NCBI GenBank assembly: GCA_946803585.1
Contig: CAMPEQ010000007.1
Location: forward strand, 30,451 to 94,450
DNA: 64,000 nt
Direction: 5' to 3'
Origin: an uncultured Actinomycetes bacterium
Lineage (GTDB): Bacteria > Actinomycetota > Actinomycetes > S36-B12 > UBA10799
Made by a program: the position numbers and the translations under genes. The notes below the pieces were generated by a model. That model made no database searches, was not told the DNA's origin, and saw nothing but the letters and a program-made list of their open reading frames with translations. The first letter of the stretch is position 1. Every line of letters starts with the position of its first letter. Of this stretch, positions 19,501 to 28,039 are shown piece by piece.

Positions 19501-20865
19501 GTGACAGATAGTCCAGATCTGCTGGTCATTGGCGGTGGCACGGCCGGGCTTTCCGCTGCACGAACTGCTCGACGGTTCGGGCGCTCGGTGGTGATGGTGA
19601 CGGACGGAGAACCGGGCGGAGATTGCACATTCACGGGCTGTGTTCCGTCGAAGACGTTGCTCGCTAGCGGGCGCCTGCCGTTTGCTGAGGCGATCAGCCG
19701 CGTGCACGCCACTGTTGACGAGATCGCCGCAACAGAGAACTCTGATGTGCTTCGGGCCGAAGGTATTGACGTAGTTGTTGGGCGTGCAGACGCGCGTGCG
19801 CGGGATTGCGTTGAGGTTGATGGTCGTGTGCTTACGCCAGAGTCGTTGGTCATCGCCACAGGTAGTGGTCCGGTAATACCGCCGATTCTCGGGATTCGCG
19901 ATGTCGCCTATCTGACGAACGAGAACCTGTTCGAGCTCACGGAACTACCTGAGCATCTGCTAGTCGTGGGTGGCGGAGCAATCGGGGTCGAAATGGCTCA
20001 GGCATTTATCCGCCTTGGCTCGCGAGTGACTATCCTTGAAGCCGGTGCCAGGCTGATTGGCAAGGAAGAGCCTGAAGCATCCGCTGTTGTTGGCGAGGTG
20101 CTGGGCCGTGACGGAGTTGACGTGTATCTGGACACCACCATCTCCGAAGTTGCCCGAACGGGGACGGTGATTACGGCCACGACTAGCAGAGGCGACATCC
20201 ACGCCAGCCACCTGCTTGTCGCCGCTGGACGTCAAGCCCGGGCCTGCGGGTGTGACGCTTTAGGGATAGTCCGCAGTGAGCGTGGTGCAATCAGGGTGGA
20301 CGCGCGGATGCGCACCAGTGTTGCTGGGGTGTACGCGGCCGGTGACGTGACTGGGCGCTTGGCGTTCACTCACGCCGCCGATGAGATGGGACGGGTGGCG
20401 GCCACTAACGCGCTACGTAAACTCCCGCTTCGATTCAAGGAACACGCTATTCCGTGGGTGACCTTCACCAGTCCAGAAGTGGCTCGTGTCGGTCTGACGG
20501 AAAGCCAAGCAGCTCAGCACACTCGCGGTGCCCGCGTCGTCGAACTTCCAATGGCAGACGTCGATCGCGCCCGAACGTCCGGACACACCGACGGGTTCAT
20601 CAAAATCATCGTCGGCCCACGAACGATCTTGCGTAACGCCGGTGGAGGCAGGGTGCTCGGAGCCACGATCGTCGCTGATCGAGCTGGCGAAATGATCGCC
20701 GAACTTGCCCTTGCTATCCGAACAACCATGTTCACCGGGAGACTGGCCCAATCGTCCCATGCCTATCCCACCTGGTCAGTCGGCGTGCAGCAAACTGTCG
20801 GCCAGATTTTTGGGGTTGGTGACCGTAAACCGCGGCCCGCCCGAAAGGAGTTCCACCGTGCCTGA
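19501..20865 (+). CDS. FAD-dependent pyridine nucleotide-disulfide oxidoreductase (glutathione/mycothione reductase-like)
   Basis: GGGTAG FAD motif, redox-active GGDCTFTGCVPSK, second Rossmann motif VVGGGAIGVEMAQ, and a C-terminal dimerisation domain with HAYPTWS. Confidence 0.9.
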   Translation: MTDSPDLLVIGGGTAGLSAARTARRFGRSVVMVTDGEPGGDCTFTGCVPSKTLLASGRLPFAEAISRVHATVDEIAATENSDVLRAEGIDVVVGRADARARDCVEVDGRVLTPESLVIATGSGPVIPPILGIRDVAYLTNENLFELTELPEHLLVVGGGAIGVEMAQAFIRLGSRVTILEAGARLIGKEEPEASAVVGEVLGRDGVDVYLDTTISEVARTGTVITATTSRGDIHASHLLVAAGRQARACGCDALGIVRSERGAIRVDARMRTSVAGVYAAGDVTGRLAFTHAADEMGRVAATNALRKLPLRFKEHAIPWVTFTSPEVARVGLTESQAAQHTRGARVVELPMADVDRARTSGHTDGFIKIIVGPRTILRNAGGGRVLGATIVADRAGEMIAELALAIRTTMFTGRLAQSSHAYPTWSVGVQQTVGQIFGVGDRKPRPARKEFHRA

Positions 20866-21736
20866 CCAGGTGACGCGCATTGTCGTCGATTCCGGCGCGC
20901 AAATGACGCCCGTGCTGCGCGAACGGTTCAAAGCAGAGGTGGTTCCGGTCGGTATCGTGGTCGACGGAGTGGCCTACAGCGAGGGCGAGGATATCGACCT
21001 CGCGAAGATCAGCGAAGTGCTCGCGCGAGGTGCCACGGTCAGCACCTCGACACCGAGCCCCGGAGACTTCCTCCGAGCATATGAGCGCTGCGCCCGAGAC
21101 GGGGCGACCCAGATCTTGTCGGTGCATACCGGCGGCACGCTGTCGTCCACGGCCAGTACCGCGCGGCTGGCTGCCGCCTCTGCTGAGATTCCAGTAGTCG
21201 TCGTTGATACCGGCACCGCCTCATTCCCGGTGACGATGAGCGCGTGGAGTGCTGCGGACGCATTGGCTGCCGGTGCCACTCTGAAACGGGCAATGACAAT
21301 CGCAATGGCTACTGCTGCGGCCATCGATAGCGTCTTCATTTTGGGTGCGCCTGAGCTTGCTGCCCGCGGGGGGCGTCTCATCGATCGCGATGCAATCGAA
21401 GGGACAGCGGTCGTCGCGTTCACTGACGGCGAGATGAAGGTCGTTGGTCATGTCAAAAGTCCCGAAGACGCGATCGCTGCCATGGCGGACTATGTTCAAG
21501 CGCGGAGCGACGGTGAGCTCCTACGAATCGGAGTGGGTCACATTGGTGCCTCCGAGTTGGCCGCCACCTTGGCCGACGTGCTGGAATCCCGGCAAAGGGT
21601 TGAGAACCTCGTTCACTACGACATCGGTCCTTCTATCGCAGTCCACACCGGACTAGGAACAGTCGGCTGCGTCTTTCACAAGAGCCAGCCCATTCAGGGC
21701 ACCTTCACGGTGCCGGTACGCGAGAATCTCCTCTAG
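20858..21736 (+). CDS. DegV-family fatty-acid-binding protein (FakB-like)
   Basis: IVVDSGAQM... with a DegV-like length and profile. GTG 20858 is preceded by AAAGGAG and overlaps the upstream stop by 8 nt. Confidence 0.8.
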   Translation: MPDQVTRIVVDSGAQMTPVLRERFKAEVVPVGIVVDGVAYSEGEDIDLAKISEVLARGATVSTSTPSPGDFLRAYERCARDGATQILSVHTGGTLSSTASTARLAAASAEIPVVVVDTGTASFPVTMSAWSAADALAAGATLKRAMTIAMATAAAIDSVFILGAPELAARGGRLIDRDAIEGTAVVAFTDGEMKVVGHVKSPEDAIAAMADYVQARSDGELLRIGVGHIGASELAATLADVLESRQRVENLVHYDIGPSIAVHTGLGTVGCVFHKSQPIQGTFTVPVRENLL

Positions 21737-21762
21737 ACATCCGAAGCCGCTTGAATCGTTGT

Positions 21763-22470
21763 ATGAAGGGATCCATGAACGGCACGAGCGTTGCGCGCCT
21801 TCGCCTAGATCGCCATGCTGCAGGGCCTGCTGTTCTGCTTAGAATCGCAACCGTTGCCGGGGGATACTTGCTGGGCTCGCTACCCGCTGCAGATGGCGTT
21901 AGTGCGATCGCCGGTGCGAATATTCGTGCGTCCGGAACAGGGAATCCTGGCGCGCTCAACACCGCAGTCGTCGCGGGGAAGCGCTGGGCGAGCGTTGTCG
22001 CAGGACTAGACATCAGCAAAGGCTGGTTGGCGTCGGCGATCGGGGCACACGTCTCACCCGCGACCGCCAATGCCGCCGGTGTCGCCGCCGTCGTCGGCCA
22101 CATATTTCCTATTTGGTCTGGCGGGCGCGGGGGTAAGGGTGTGGCGACGTCTTTCGGGGTGGTGCTGGGAACCTTTCCTGCCTACGCGGTCCCCGACCTC
22201 GCGATCGCCGCGGCTTTCGCGAAAGCCACGGCCAACCCAGTGCGTGCGAATCAGTTGGCAAGTGCGGCCTGGACGGGGGCAGCCACGCTTTGGTGGTGGC
22301 GAGCGTGGCCCAATCTGTGGGGGCCGAGGCCGACGATCGCGCTGCCGTTGAGCGCACTGTTAACCAGCGTCCTGTTGGCATGGCGAATGAATCAGCCCGA
22401 CTCAGTCAGTGGCGGCGACCGTTGGGCGAAGGCAACGTTTGGTTGTCCGCAATCGAACGGACCGTCATGA
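21763..22470 (+). CDS. plsY: Glycerol-3-phosphate acyltransferase PlsY (acyl-phosphate dependent)
   Basis: GYLLGSLP, IRASGTGNPGALNT and SGGRGGKGVATSFG motifs. The start is ambiguous (TTG 21751, ATG 21763 or ATG 21775). Confidence 0.85.
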   Translation: MKGSMNGTSVARLRLDRHAAGPAVLLRIATVAGGYLLGSLPAADGVSAIAGANIRASGTGNPGALNTAVVAGKRWASVVAGLDISKGWLASAIGAHVSPATANAAGVAAVVGHIFPIWSGGRGGKGVATSFGVVLGTFPAYAVPDLAIAAAFAKATANPVRANQLASAAWTGAATLWWWRAWPNLWGPRPTIALPLSALLTSVLLAWRMNQPDSVSGGDRWAKATFGCPQSNGPS

Positions 22471-23699
22471 AGTGGGCAGTTATCGGCGCCGGCTATAGCG
22501 GCATCGCCGCCGCCGCTGCGATGCTGGCAGAGGGAATCGACGTCGATGTGCTGGATAAGCGCGCTGATGTTGGAGGTCTGTGGCTAGACGGTGTCTATCC
22601 CTCAGTCCGGTTGATCACCACAAAGGACCGCAGCGCCTACCCGGATCGGCCGATGGCCAGCTCCGGAGTCTTTCCGTCGAGCACCGAGATGCTGACGTAC
22701 CTGCACGACGTTGCAGTTGACGCCGGTGTGCGCGACCGCCTCATCAATCGCGATGTCAGTTCCGTGACTCCAACTGGGGACCACTGGGATGTTGACGGGG
22801 AACGATACGCCGGGGTAGTGCTGGCCACCGGATTGTTTAGTGAGCCACACCTTCCTCATTTACCCGGCGATTCGACAATCCCGTCCCTACATACAAGTGC
22901 ATACCGAACCGTAGGGGACCTTGGCGACAATGTCCTCGTCGTGGGGATGGGGAACTCGGGGGCTGATGTCGCCCACGACTGTGTTAAGGCGGGAAAGCGC
23001 GTCACCATCGCAGTTCGGCGCGGGCGCCACATCATACCCAAGCGAATCCTCGGTCGACCTGTCGTCGATATGGAGCGGCCCCGGTTTCTACCAGACTTGG
23101 CGACCCGGGTCGCAATGGATCTATCCGCCAGAACTATCTCAGCGTTCTGGCGACGTGGGCGCCTGGCCAAGCCACGCCATCTTTTTCTCGCGGAAACACC
23201 GGTCATCCATTCAGCGCTCCTCCCGCTCATTAGCAACGGCTCCATCGTGGTTCGTCCGGGCGTCGCGCGCTTCGATGGACGGGTTGCGGAGTTCGCTGAT
23301 GGATCATCAGAACGCTTCGACACCATTGTCTGGGCAACTGGCTACCGCTATGACCTGCCCGTAGATCGCCGACTCGTCGATGGCTCGACTGCTGGCTACG
23401 GGGCTTCTGGACTGTCACTTGTTGGCGGCGTGTGGTCGCCGATCACGCCTGGTCTCGCCTGTGTTGGCTATCGGGAACCTCGCAACGGTCGCGGTCCCTA
23501 TCTGCACGCTGCAGCCGGCCTGACCGCTGCCGGTGCTCGCGCTCAAAGCCAGACACTCGAACCGATCGGTGCGCTGCTAGCTGAAACTGCCGCGCCAACC
23601 GCGAAGACCCTCATTGACGACGGCCCCGAAATTCGCCGCGTTCAACGGCTCACGGATGCGGCGAGAACAATCGCTGCCTCACCGCCAAAGCGGGGTTGA
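22467..23699 (+). CDS. Flavin-containing monooxygenase-like NAD(P)/FAD-dependent oxidoreductase
   Basis: Two dinucleotide motifs (VIGAGYSGIAAA...DVGGLW and VVGMGNSGADVA). ATGA overlap with plsY. The ORF-track start 22290 lies inside plsY. Confidence 0.8.
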   Translation: MKWAVIGAGYSGIAAAAAMLAEGIDVDVLDKRADVGGLWLDGVYPSVRLITTKDRSAYPDRPMASSGVFPSSTEMLTYLHDVAVDAGVRDRLINRDVSSVTPTGDHWDVDGERYAGVVLATGLFSEPHLPHLPGDSTIPSLHTSAYRTVGDLGDNVLVVGMGNSGADVAHDCVKAGKRVTIAVRRGRHIIPKRILGRPVVDMERPRFLPDLATRVAMDLSARTISAFWRRGRLAKPRHLFLAETPVIHSALLPLISNGSIVVRPGVARFDGRVAEFADGSSERFDTIVWATGYRYDLPVDRRLVDGSTAGYGASGLSLVGGVWSPITPGLACVGYREPRNGRGPYLHAAAGLTAAGARAQSQTLEPIGALLAETAAPTAKTLIDDGPEIRRVQRLTDAARTIAASPPKRG

Positions 23700-23937
23700 G
23701 TTCGCTCCGAATCCGAATCGCGGACTGGGCAAGGCGACACCCATCGAATTCGAGGCGCTACATAAAGCCGCACTCGCGGCATTGTCAAGAAGTCGACCAC
23801 GAGTCAACGAAGGCCTGGGCAGACCCGTCAGAGATTCGTCTGCTCGCATGAGCAGTGGATTGGCCCGGAGGAGGGAATTCTTTAGACTCCATGGCGTAGG
23901 GAAGCGCAGTTTCAGAATCGAACGGCGGCGGTCCGGC

Positions 23938-25056
23938 CTACTCGAACAAGACCTTCACGGGCAGCGAGTAGAAATCGCCGTAGCCATCGAAAGCACTATT
24001 TAGGCGCTGGACTTCGCCGGTAGTGGGCATCCATCCTCCGAGTGGTTGGACACGGATAGCGATCGACCGAGTATTCATCGTGCGCTTCCAGGTTGCTTTC
24101 ACTGCGCCATCGATCACGACGGTGCTCCGGAACACCCCGTTGCCTCCCGGGATCACGGCGGCCATGACGTCGCTATCAGCCATGAGGGTCCTAGTTTTGT
24201 AGCCGAGTAGGTATTCGTCGAATCCTGGCAGGATGTTCAGGTACGGCTCCGGATGCTTCGTCGGTTCCGTCGCGGGAAGTTGCTCGAGGAGTGCCGTTGG
24301 GCAGTGCATGAGAGTGTCATTGACTATGACGTCGGTCAGTTCTGAGCCGAGCGCCGCGAGAGCGGCCTTTGTATCGGCTGCCAGCAAGGACGTCCAGCCA
24401 GCAAAGTCCTTGCGGGTTGCGGGTCCGTGACTTCGGAAGAACCGCCTAGCTAATGTCTGGAGAGCCTCATTGCGATTCAGTTTCACTTGGGAAGGAAGCC
24501 ACCGCTCGGCGCTAGCGAATGTCTGTTGTTTGTCGATTTGTGGACCGATGACGATCGCCCCGGTTTGTGCCCCGTGCCAGAGGTAGTGGTACCCGCGCTG
24601 CCCACTAGTCTCCAGACCGGCCGAAGAGAGAACCTCGAGGCATTGAGATCTGGTGAGCAGTTCGTCATCCGTCAACGCATCGATAAGGGCCCGCCGTGCG
24701 GTATCGATCTGATGTTCGTCAATGCCGAGTTGCTCCCACCGCTTCGCCACTCCCTTCAGCGCCAGCGACCCCGTCAGTTCCAGCATCCAGGTCACATCTT
24801 TGGGTGGGACGAAGTGAATCGTGCCGCGCATCGGCCACGTTCGGATGATCTGGCGATCATGGGTGGCTTTATCCACGTCGGTGTCGCTGAGGTGGGGGAG
24901 GCGGGTGCCAAATGACCAGTGGCCTGAGGCGACATCCTGGGCCTGCATCGCACCAAACCACTCGACAACGCCCGCAGGATCAGTGAAGCTATGGTCGCGC
25001 AGTAAGAGCGCCCGTTGCCGAAGATTCAGCGCCTGTGTTTCGGTAAGTTGTTCCAC
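23938..25056 (-). CDS. Winged-helix HTH_42 (AlkZ/YcaQ family) DNA glycosylase-like protein
   Basis: LNLRQRALLL..., FGAMQAQDVASGHWSF and IIRTWPMRGTIHFVP are collinear with the crosslink-repair glycosylase family. The start is probably GTG 25056 or TTG 25059, just downstream of the SnoaL gene stop. The 25278 start in the ORF track overlaps that gene. Confidence 0.8.
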   Translation of the reverse strand: MEQLTETQALNLRQRALLLRDHSFTDPAGVVEWFGAMQAQDVASGHWSFGTRLPHLSDTDVDKATHDRQIIRTWPMRGTIHFVPPKDVTWMLELTGSLALKGVAKRWEQLGIDEHQIDTARRALIDALTDDELLTRSQCLEVLSSAGLETSGQRGYHYLWHGAQTGAIVIGPQIDKQQTFASAERWLPSQVKLNRNEALQTLARRFFRSHGPATRKDFAGWTSLLAADTKAALAALGSELTDVIVNDTLMHCPTALLEQLPATEPTKHPEPYLNILPGFDEYLLGYKTRTLMADSDVMAAVIPGGNGVFRSTVVIDGAVKATWKRTMNTRSIAIRVQPLGGWMPTTGEVQRLNSAFDGYGDFYSLPVKVLFE

Positions 25057-25108
25057 CAAATCAGGATAGATGTGAGATCCGGCTGTGGTGGGAAAGTTAC
25101 CGGTCGCT

Positions 25109-25492
25109 TCAGAACATCCCGTTCTCGTTCGCTGATGTATCCGGAATGACCTGAAGAACATCCCAGTGCTCGACGATCTTCCCCTGCTCATCGAAGCGGA
25201 AGATGTCAATCCCGGCATAGTCGTGGTCCCCGGGCCACTGCTGAAAGCAGTGCAACACGACGCAGTCGCCTTCGGCAATGGCTCGCTTCACCTCAACATG
25301 CTTGCCGGGCCATTCCTTGGCCATACGGTCGAAGTAGTCAACGAATGCCTCTTTACCGTCACCAACATCGGGGTTGTGTTGACGGTATTCGTTCCCGACG
25401 TACAGGTCCACTGCTTCCCGAGGTCGGCTCTCGTTGAACATCAGGTCGTAGAAGGCGATTGCGTTCTTCCTATTTTGCTCCAGGTCGGCCAT
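25109..25492 (-). CDS. SnoaL-like / NTF2-fold protein
   Basis: [14 protein letters not shown]...YRQHNP...VLHCFQ...[21 protein letters not shown] is typical of the SnoaL-like polyketide cyclase fold. ATG 25492. Confidence 0.8.
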   Translation of the reverse strand: MADLEQNRKNAIAFYDLMFNESRPREAVDLYVGNEYRQHNPDVGDGKEAFVDYFDRMAKEWPGKHVEVKRAIAEGDCVVLHCFQQWPGDHDYAGIDIFRFDEQGKIVEHWDVLQVIPDTSANENGMF

Positions 25493-25564
25493 TGGGTGCT
25501 CATCCCTTTCTAAGTCCATGGGTGGGTTATTCGGTGGCAAGTACTGGTAGAAAGGGCGGCGTTC

Positions 25565-26212
25565 CTAGACCCGGCCGGTCTCGTGGGCCCATATCGCAAC
25601 CTCGACACGGTTACGAGCGCCGAGCTTTCGCATGAGGCTGGCGAGGTGTGCTTTGACGGTACTTGGGGTGATGTAGAGCTCGCTTGCAATCTCGCTGTTC
25701 GTGCGACCTTGCGCGACCGGCAAGAGGACTTCTTCTTCGCGAGCGGTGAGCGGTTCTATCGGCTGCCTCGGTGGTGAGGTTTGGGCGTGGGCGAAGGTTG
25801 CCAGCAGTCGTACCGTCACGCTAGGGGCGATTAGTGCGTCACCGTCGGCGGCGGCGTGAATGGCTTGAGTCAGCAGAGTAGGTCCAGCATCTTTGAGTAG
25901 GAACCCACGGGCGCCTGCCTTAAGGGCTCCGTGAACATACTCGTCGAGGTCGAACGTGGTGATCACCACGATCGGCAGTGGGTCGGTGACATCGGGACCG
26001 GCAAGCAGGCGGGTGGCTTCGATGCCGTCCATAAGCGGCATTCGGATATCGAACAGCCCAACGTCGGGCCGTAACTGGTGGGCGAGGGAGACTGCTTCAC
26101 GCCCGTCAGCAGCAGCTCCGATGACCTCAATGTCGGGTTGGGCGTCGAGCAGCATCGTCAGTCCGGTGCGCACGATGGGCTGGTCGTCGGCGACCAGCAC
26201 CTTGATACTCAT
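25565..26212 (-). CDS. Two-component response regulator, NarL/LuxR family
   Basis: REC domain (VLVADDQPIVR...DVGLFDIRMP) plus a LuxR HTH (LTAREEEVLLPVAQGRTNSEIASELYITPSTVKAHL). Confidence 0.9.
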   Translation of the reverse strand: MSIKVLVADDQPIVRTGLTMLLDAQPDIEVIGAAADGREAVSLAHQLRPDVGLFDIRMPLMDGIEATRLLAGPDVTDPLPIVVITTFDLDEYVHGALKAGARGFLLKDAGPTLLTQAIHAAADGDALIAPSVTVRLLATFAHAQTSPPRQPIEPLTAREEEVLLPVAQGRTNSEIASELYITPSTVKAHLASLMRKLGARNRVEVAIWAHETGRV

Positions 26213-27357
26213 CGAGACATCCCGGTCCGGGGGAGCGTCGCCTCTACTCGCCAGGCCTGCTCGGCGGTGGGTCCCGCGTAGAAGGTGCCACCGAGCAGTG
26301 AAGCCCGTTCCTGCATACCGACTAAGCCGTAGCCGATGCGATCGCGGCTGACACCGCCGGATGAGCCGTCGTTGTCGATGGTCACCCGTACCTCCTTGTC
26401 ATCACCAACAACGGTGACACTGACCTGGGTTGCTTGGCGAGCATGCCTTCGAGCATTGGTGATGGACTCTTGCGTGAGGCGGTAGATCGCGGCCTCGACG
26501 GCCGGGCTGAGATCGTCGAACTGGCCCACAACCTCGACCGTGACGCAGGGACGCGCTCGATCATCGGTTGCGAGTTGCTCGACCTCGGCCAGCCCAGGCT
26601 GCGGCGCAAGCGCGGCCTCCGGTGAAGTCCGGAGGACGCCGACGATCGCGCGCAGCTCGTTGAGGGTGCGAGTCGCGGCCTCCTCGATGACAGCGAAGGC
26701 CGCGTCGGCGCGCTCCGGGTGGGTTACCGCAACAGCTCGTCCTGCTTGGGCCTGGATGGCAATACCTGATACGTGATGGGCGACGGTGTCATGGAGTTCG
26801 CGCGCAAGCTGTTCGCGTTCGCGGGCCTTGGCCTGGTCAATATCGCGGATGCGCACCCTCGTTCCGTAGCGGACCGCGGCGCCGAGCGTGGCGGCGAATA
26901 GGAAGAACGCGTACCCAGCGACGGTTTCTGCCACAGTCATTGGGTCGGCGAGATATGTGACGCCGAGCCACAGCAAGATAATTCCGAGGCCGCAGACGGC
27001 CTCTCGACCTGAGCCCCAACGGAATAGAGCGTAGGCCAGGATTAGCGTCGCAGAAATGCTGGAGAGCAGCTGGCCCTGCGATTCGGTGAGAATCCTGACG
27101 ATATCGATGATCGTCAGGATTCCGAACGCGACGACAACCGCGAGAAGTGGATGAGTTCGGCGCCACAGCAACGGGACGAGCACGGCGAGGACCATGAGCA
27201 ATAGCAGCGGGCGCGGTGCAAGGTCATGGCGAAAGGCCGCCTCACCAAGAGACCAACAAGTCAGTACTGCAACCAAAACCCAGTCTCGTGGACCAAGTCT
27301 TGGGGGATTCGCCGGTCGAGGTTCGCCCCAGAGCGATTGAAGTGTGTTGGCGGCCAC
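26209..27357 (-). CDS. Sensor histidine kinase (HisKA_3 type) with polytopic N-terminal domain
   Basis: H-box LARELHDTVAHHVSGI and a C-terminal HATPase_c (DNDG...GYGLVGMQERA). GTG start. 4-nt overlap with the regulator gene. Confidence 0.9.
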   Translation of the reverse strand: MAANTLQSLWGEPRPANPPRLGPRDWVLVAVLTCWSLGEAAFRHDLAPRPLLLLMVLAVLVPLLWRRTHPLLAVVVAFGILTIIDIVRILTESQGQLLSSISATLILAYALFRWGSGREAVCGLGIILLWLGVTYLADPMTVAETVAGYAFFLFAATLGAAVRYGTRVRIRDIDQAKAREREQLARELHDTVAHHVSGIAIQAQAGRAVAVTHPERADAAFAVIEEAATRTLNELRAIVGVLRTSPEAALAPQPGLAEVEQLATDDRARPCVTVEVVGQFDDLSPAVEAAIYRLTQESITNARRHARQATQVSVTVVGDDKEVRVTIDNDGSSGGVSRDRIGYGLVGMQERASLLGGTFYAGPTAEQAWRVEATLPRTGMSR

Positions 27358-27518
27358 CAGGTCAGTCTAGGCAATCTTCGTGGTCGGCGTATTCACCAAA
27401 AGTACAAGAGATCAGGTATTCAAACGGTCAAGGCCAAAACCGGCTCCAGGCTGATGTGCCAAGCGCTGTCGCCCGTCAAAGTGGAGGTACCAACCCGATC
27501 ACAGCAAGGAGCAGTCCG

Positions 27519-27968
27519 ATGAGTAAGCCTGAAGGTCCGCCCAGTCCACTCGAGAACCTGCACGTCCCAGTGCAGCTGAAGCTCGCGGCAGCGTGGATCA
27601 GCTTCATGTTCCTCTATATTTACGTCGACTACCTATCCCTCTACAAGCCCGGATTCATCGATGAACTACTGGGCGGTACTGTCCATGAGTTCGACATCGG
27701 CCCAACCTTTGTTGCGATGGCGATCACGCTGATGGCTATTCCGATCCTGATGATCCTGCTCTCCACGACACTGCCAGCCCGCTTCAACAGGACTCTTAAC
27801 ATCGTCGTCGCAGCGCTCTATATCCCGGTCTCGATCTACAACGCGGCGGGGGAGTCCTGGAGTTACTCCTACTTCTATGGCCTATCAATTGGTCTCGAAG
27901 TACTGCTACTTGGCTTCATCTTGCGCTGCGCCTGGAGTTGGCCCCGAGGTAGCGCCAGGAGGAGCTAG
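27519..27968 (+). CDS. Small integral membrane protein (about 4 TM), divergent from the two-component system
   Basis: ATG 27519 is preceded by AAGGAG. 149 aa, with hydrophobic segments AAWISFMFLYIYV, FVAMAITLMAIPILMILL and others. Confidence 0.7.
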   Translation: MSKPEGPPSPLENLHVPVQLKLAAAWISFMFLYIYVDYLSLYKPGFIDELLGGTVHEFDIGPTFVAMAITLMAIPILMILLSTTLPARFNRTLNIVVAALYIPVSIYNAAGESWSYSYFYGLSIGLEVLLLGFILRCAWSWPRGSARRS

Positions 27969-28003
27969 CGCCAGAAGATGGAGAGGCTTAGGTGATGGCA
28001 GAC

Positions 28004-28039
28004 TCAGGTGTACCGAGCTATCGAACTCGGTACACCTGA
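28004..28039. terminator. Bidirectional hairpin between convergent genes
   Basis: 14-bp perfect stem TCAGGTGTACCGAG / CTCGGTACACCTGA with an 8-nt loop. The 3' arm overlaps the last codons of the Gly-rich gene. Confidence 0.6.
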
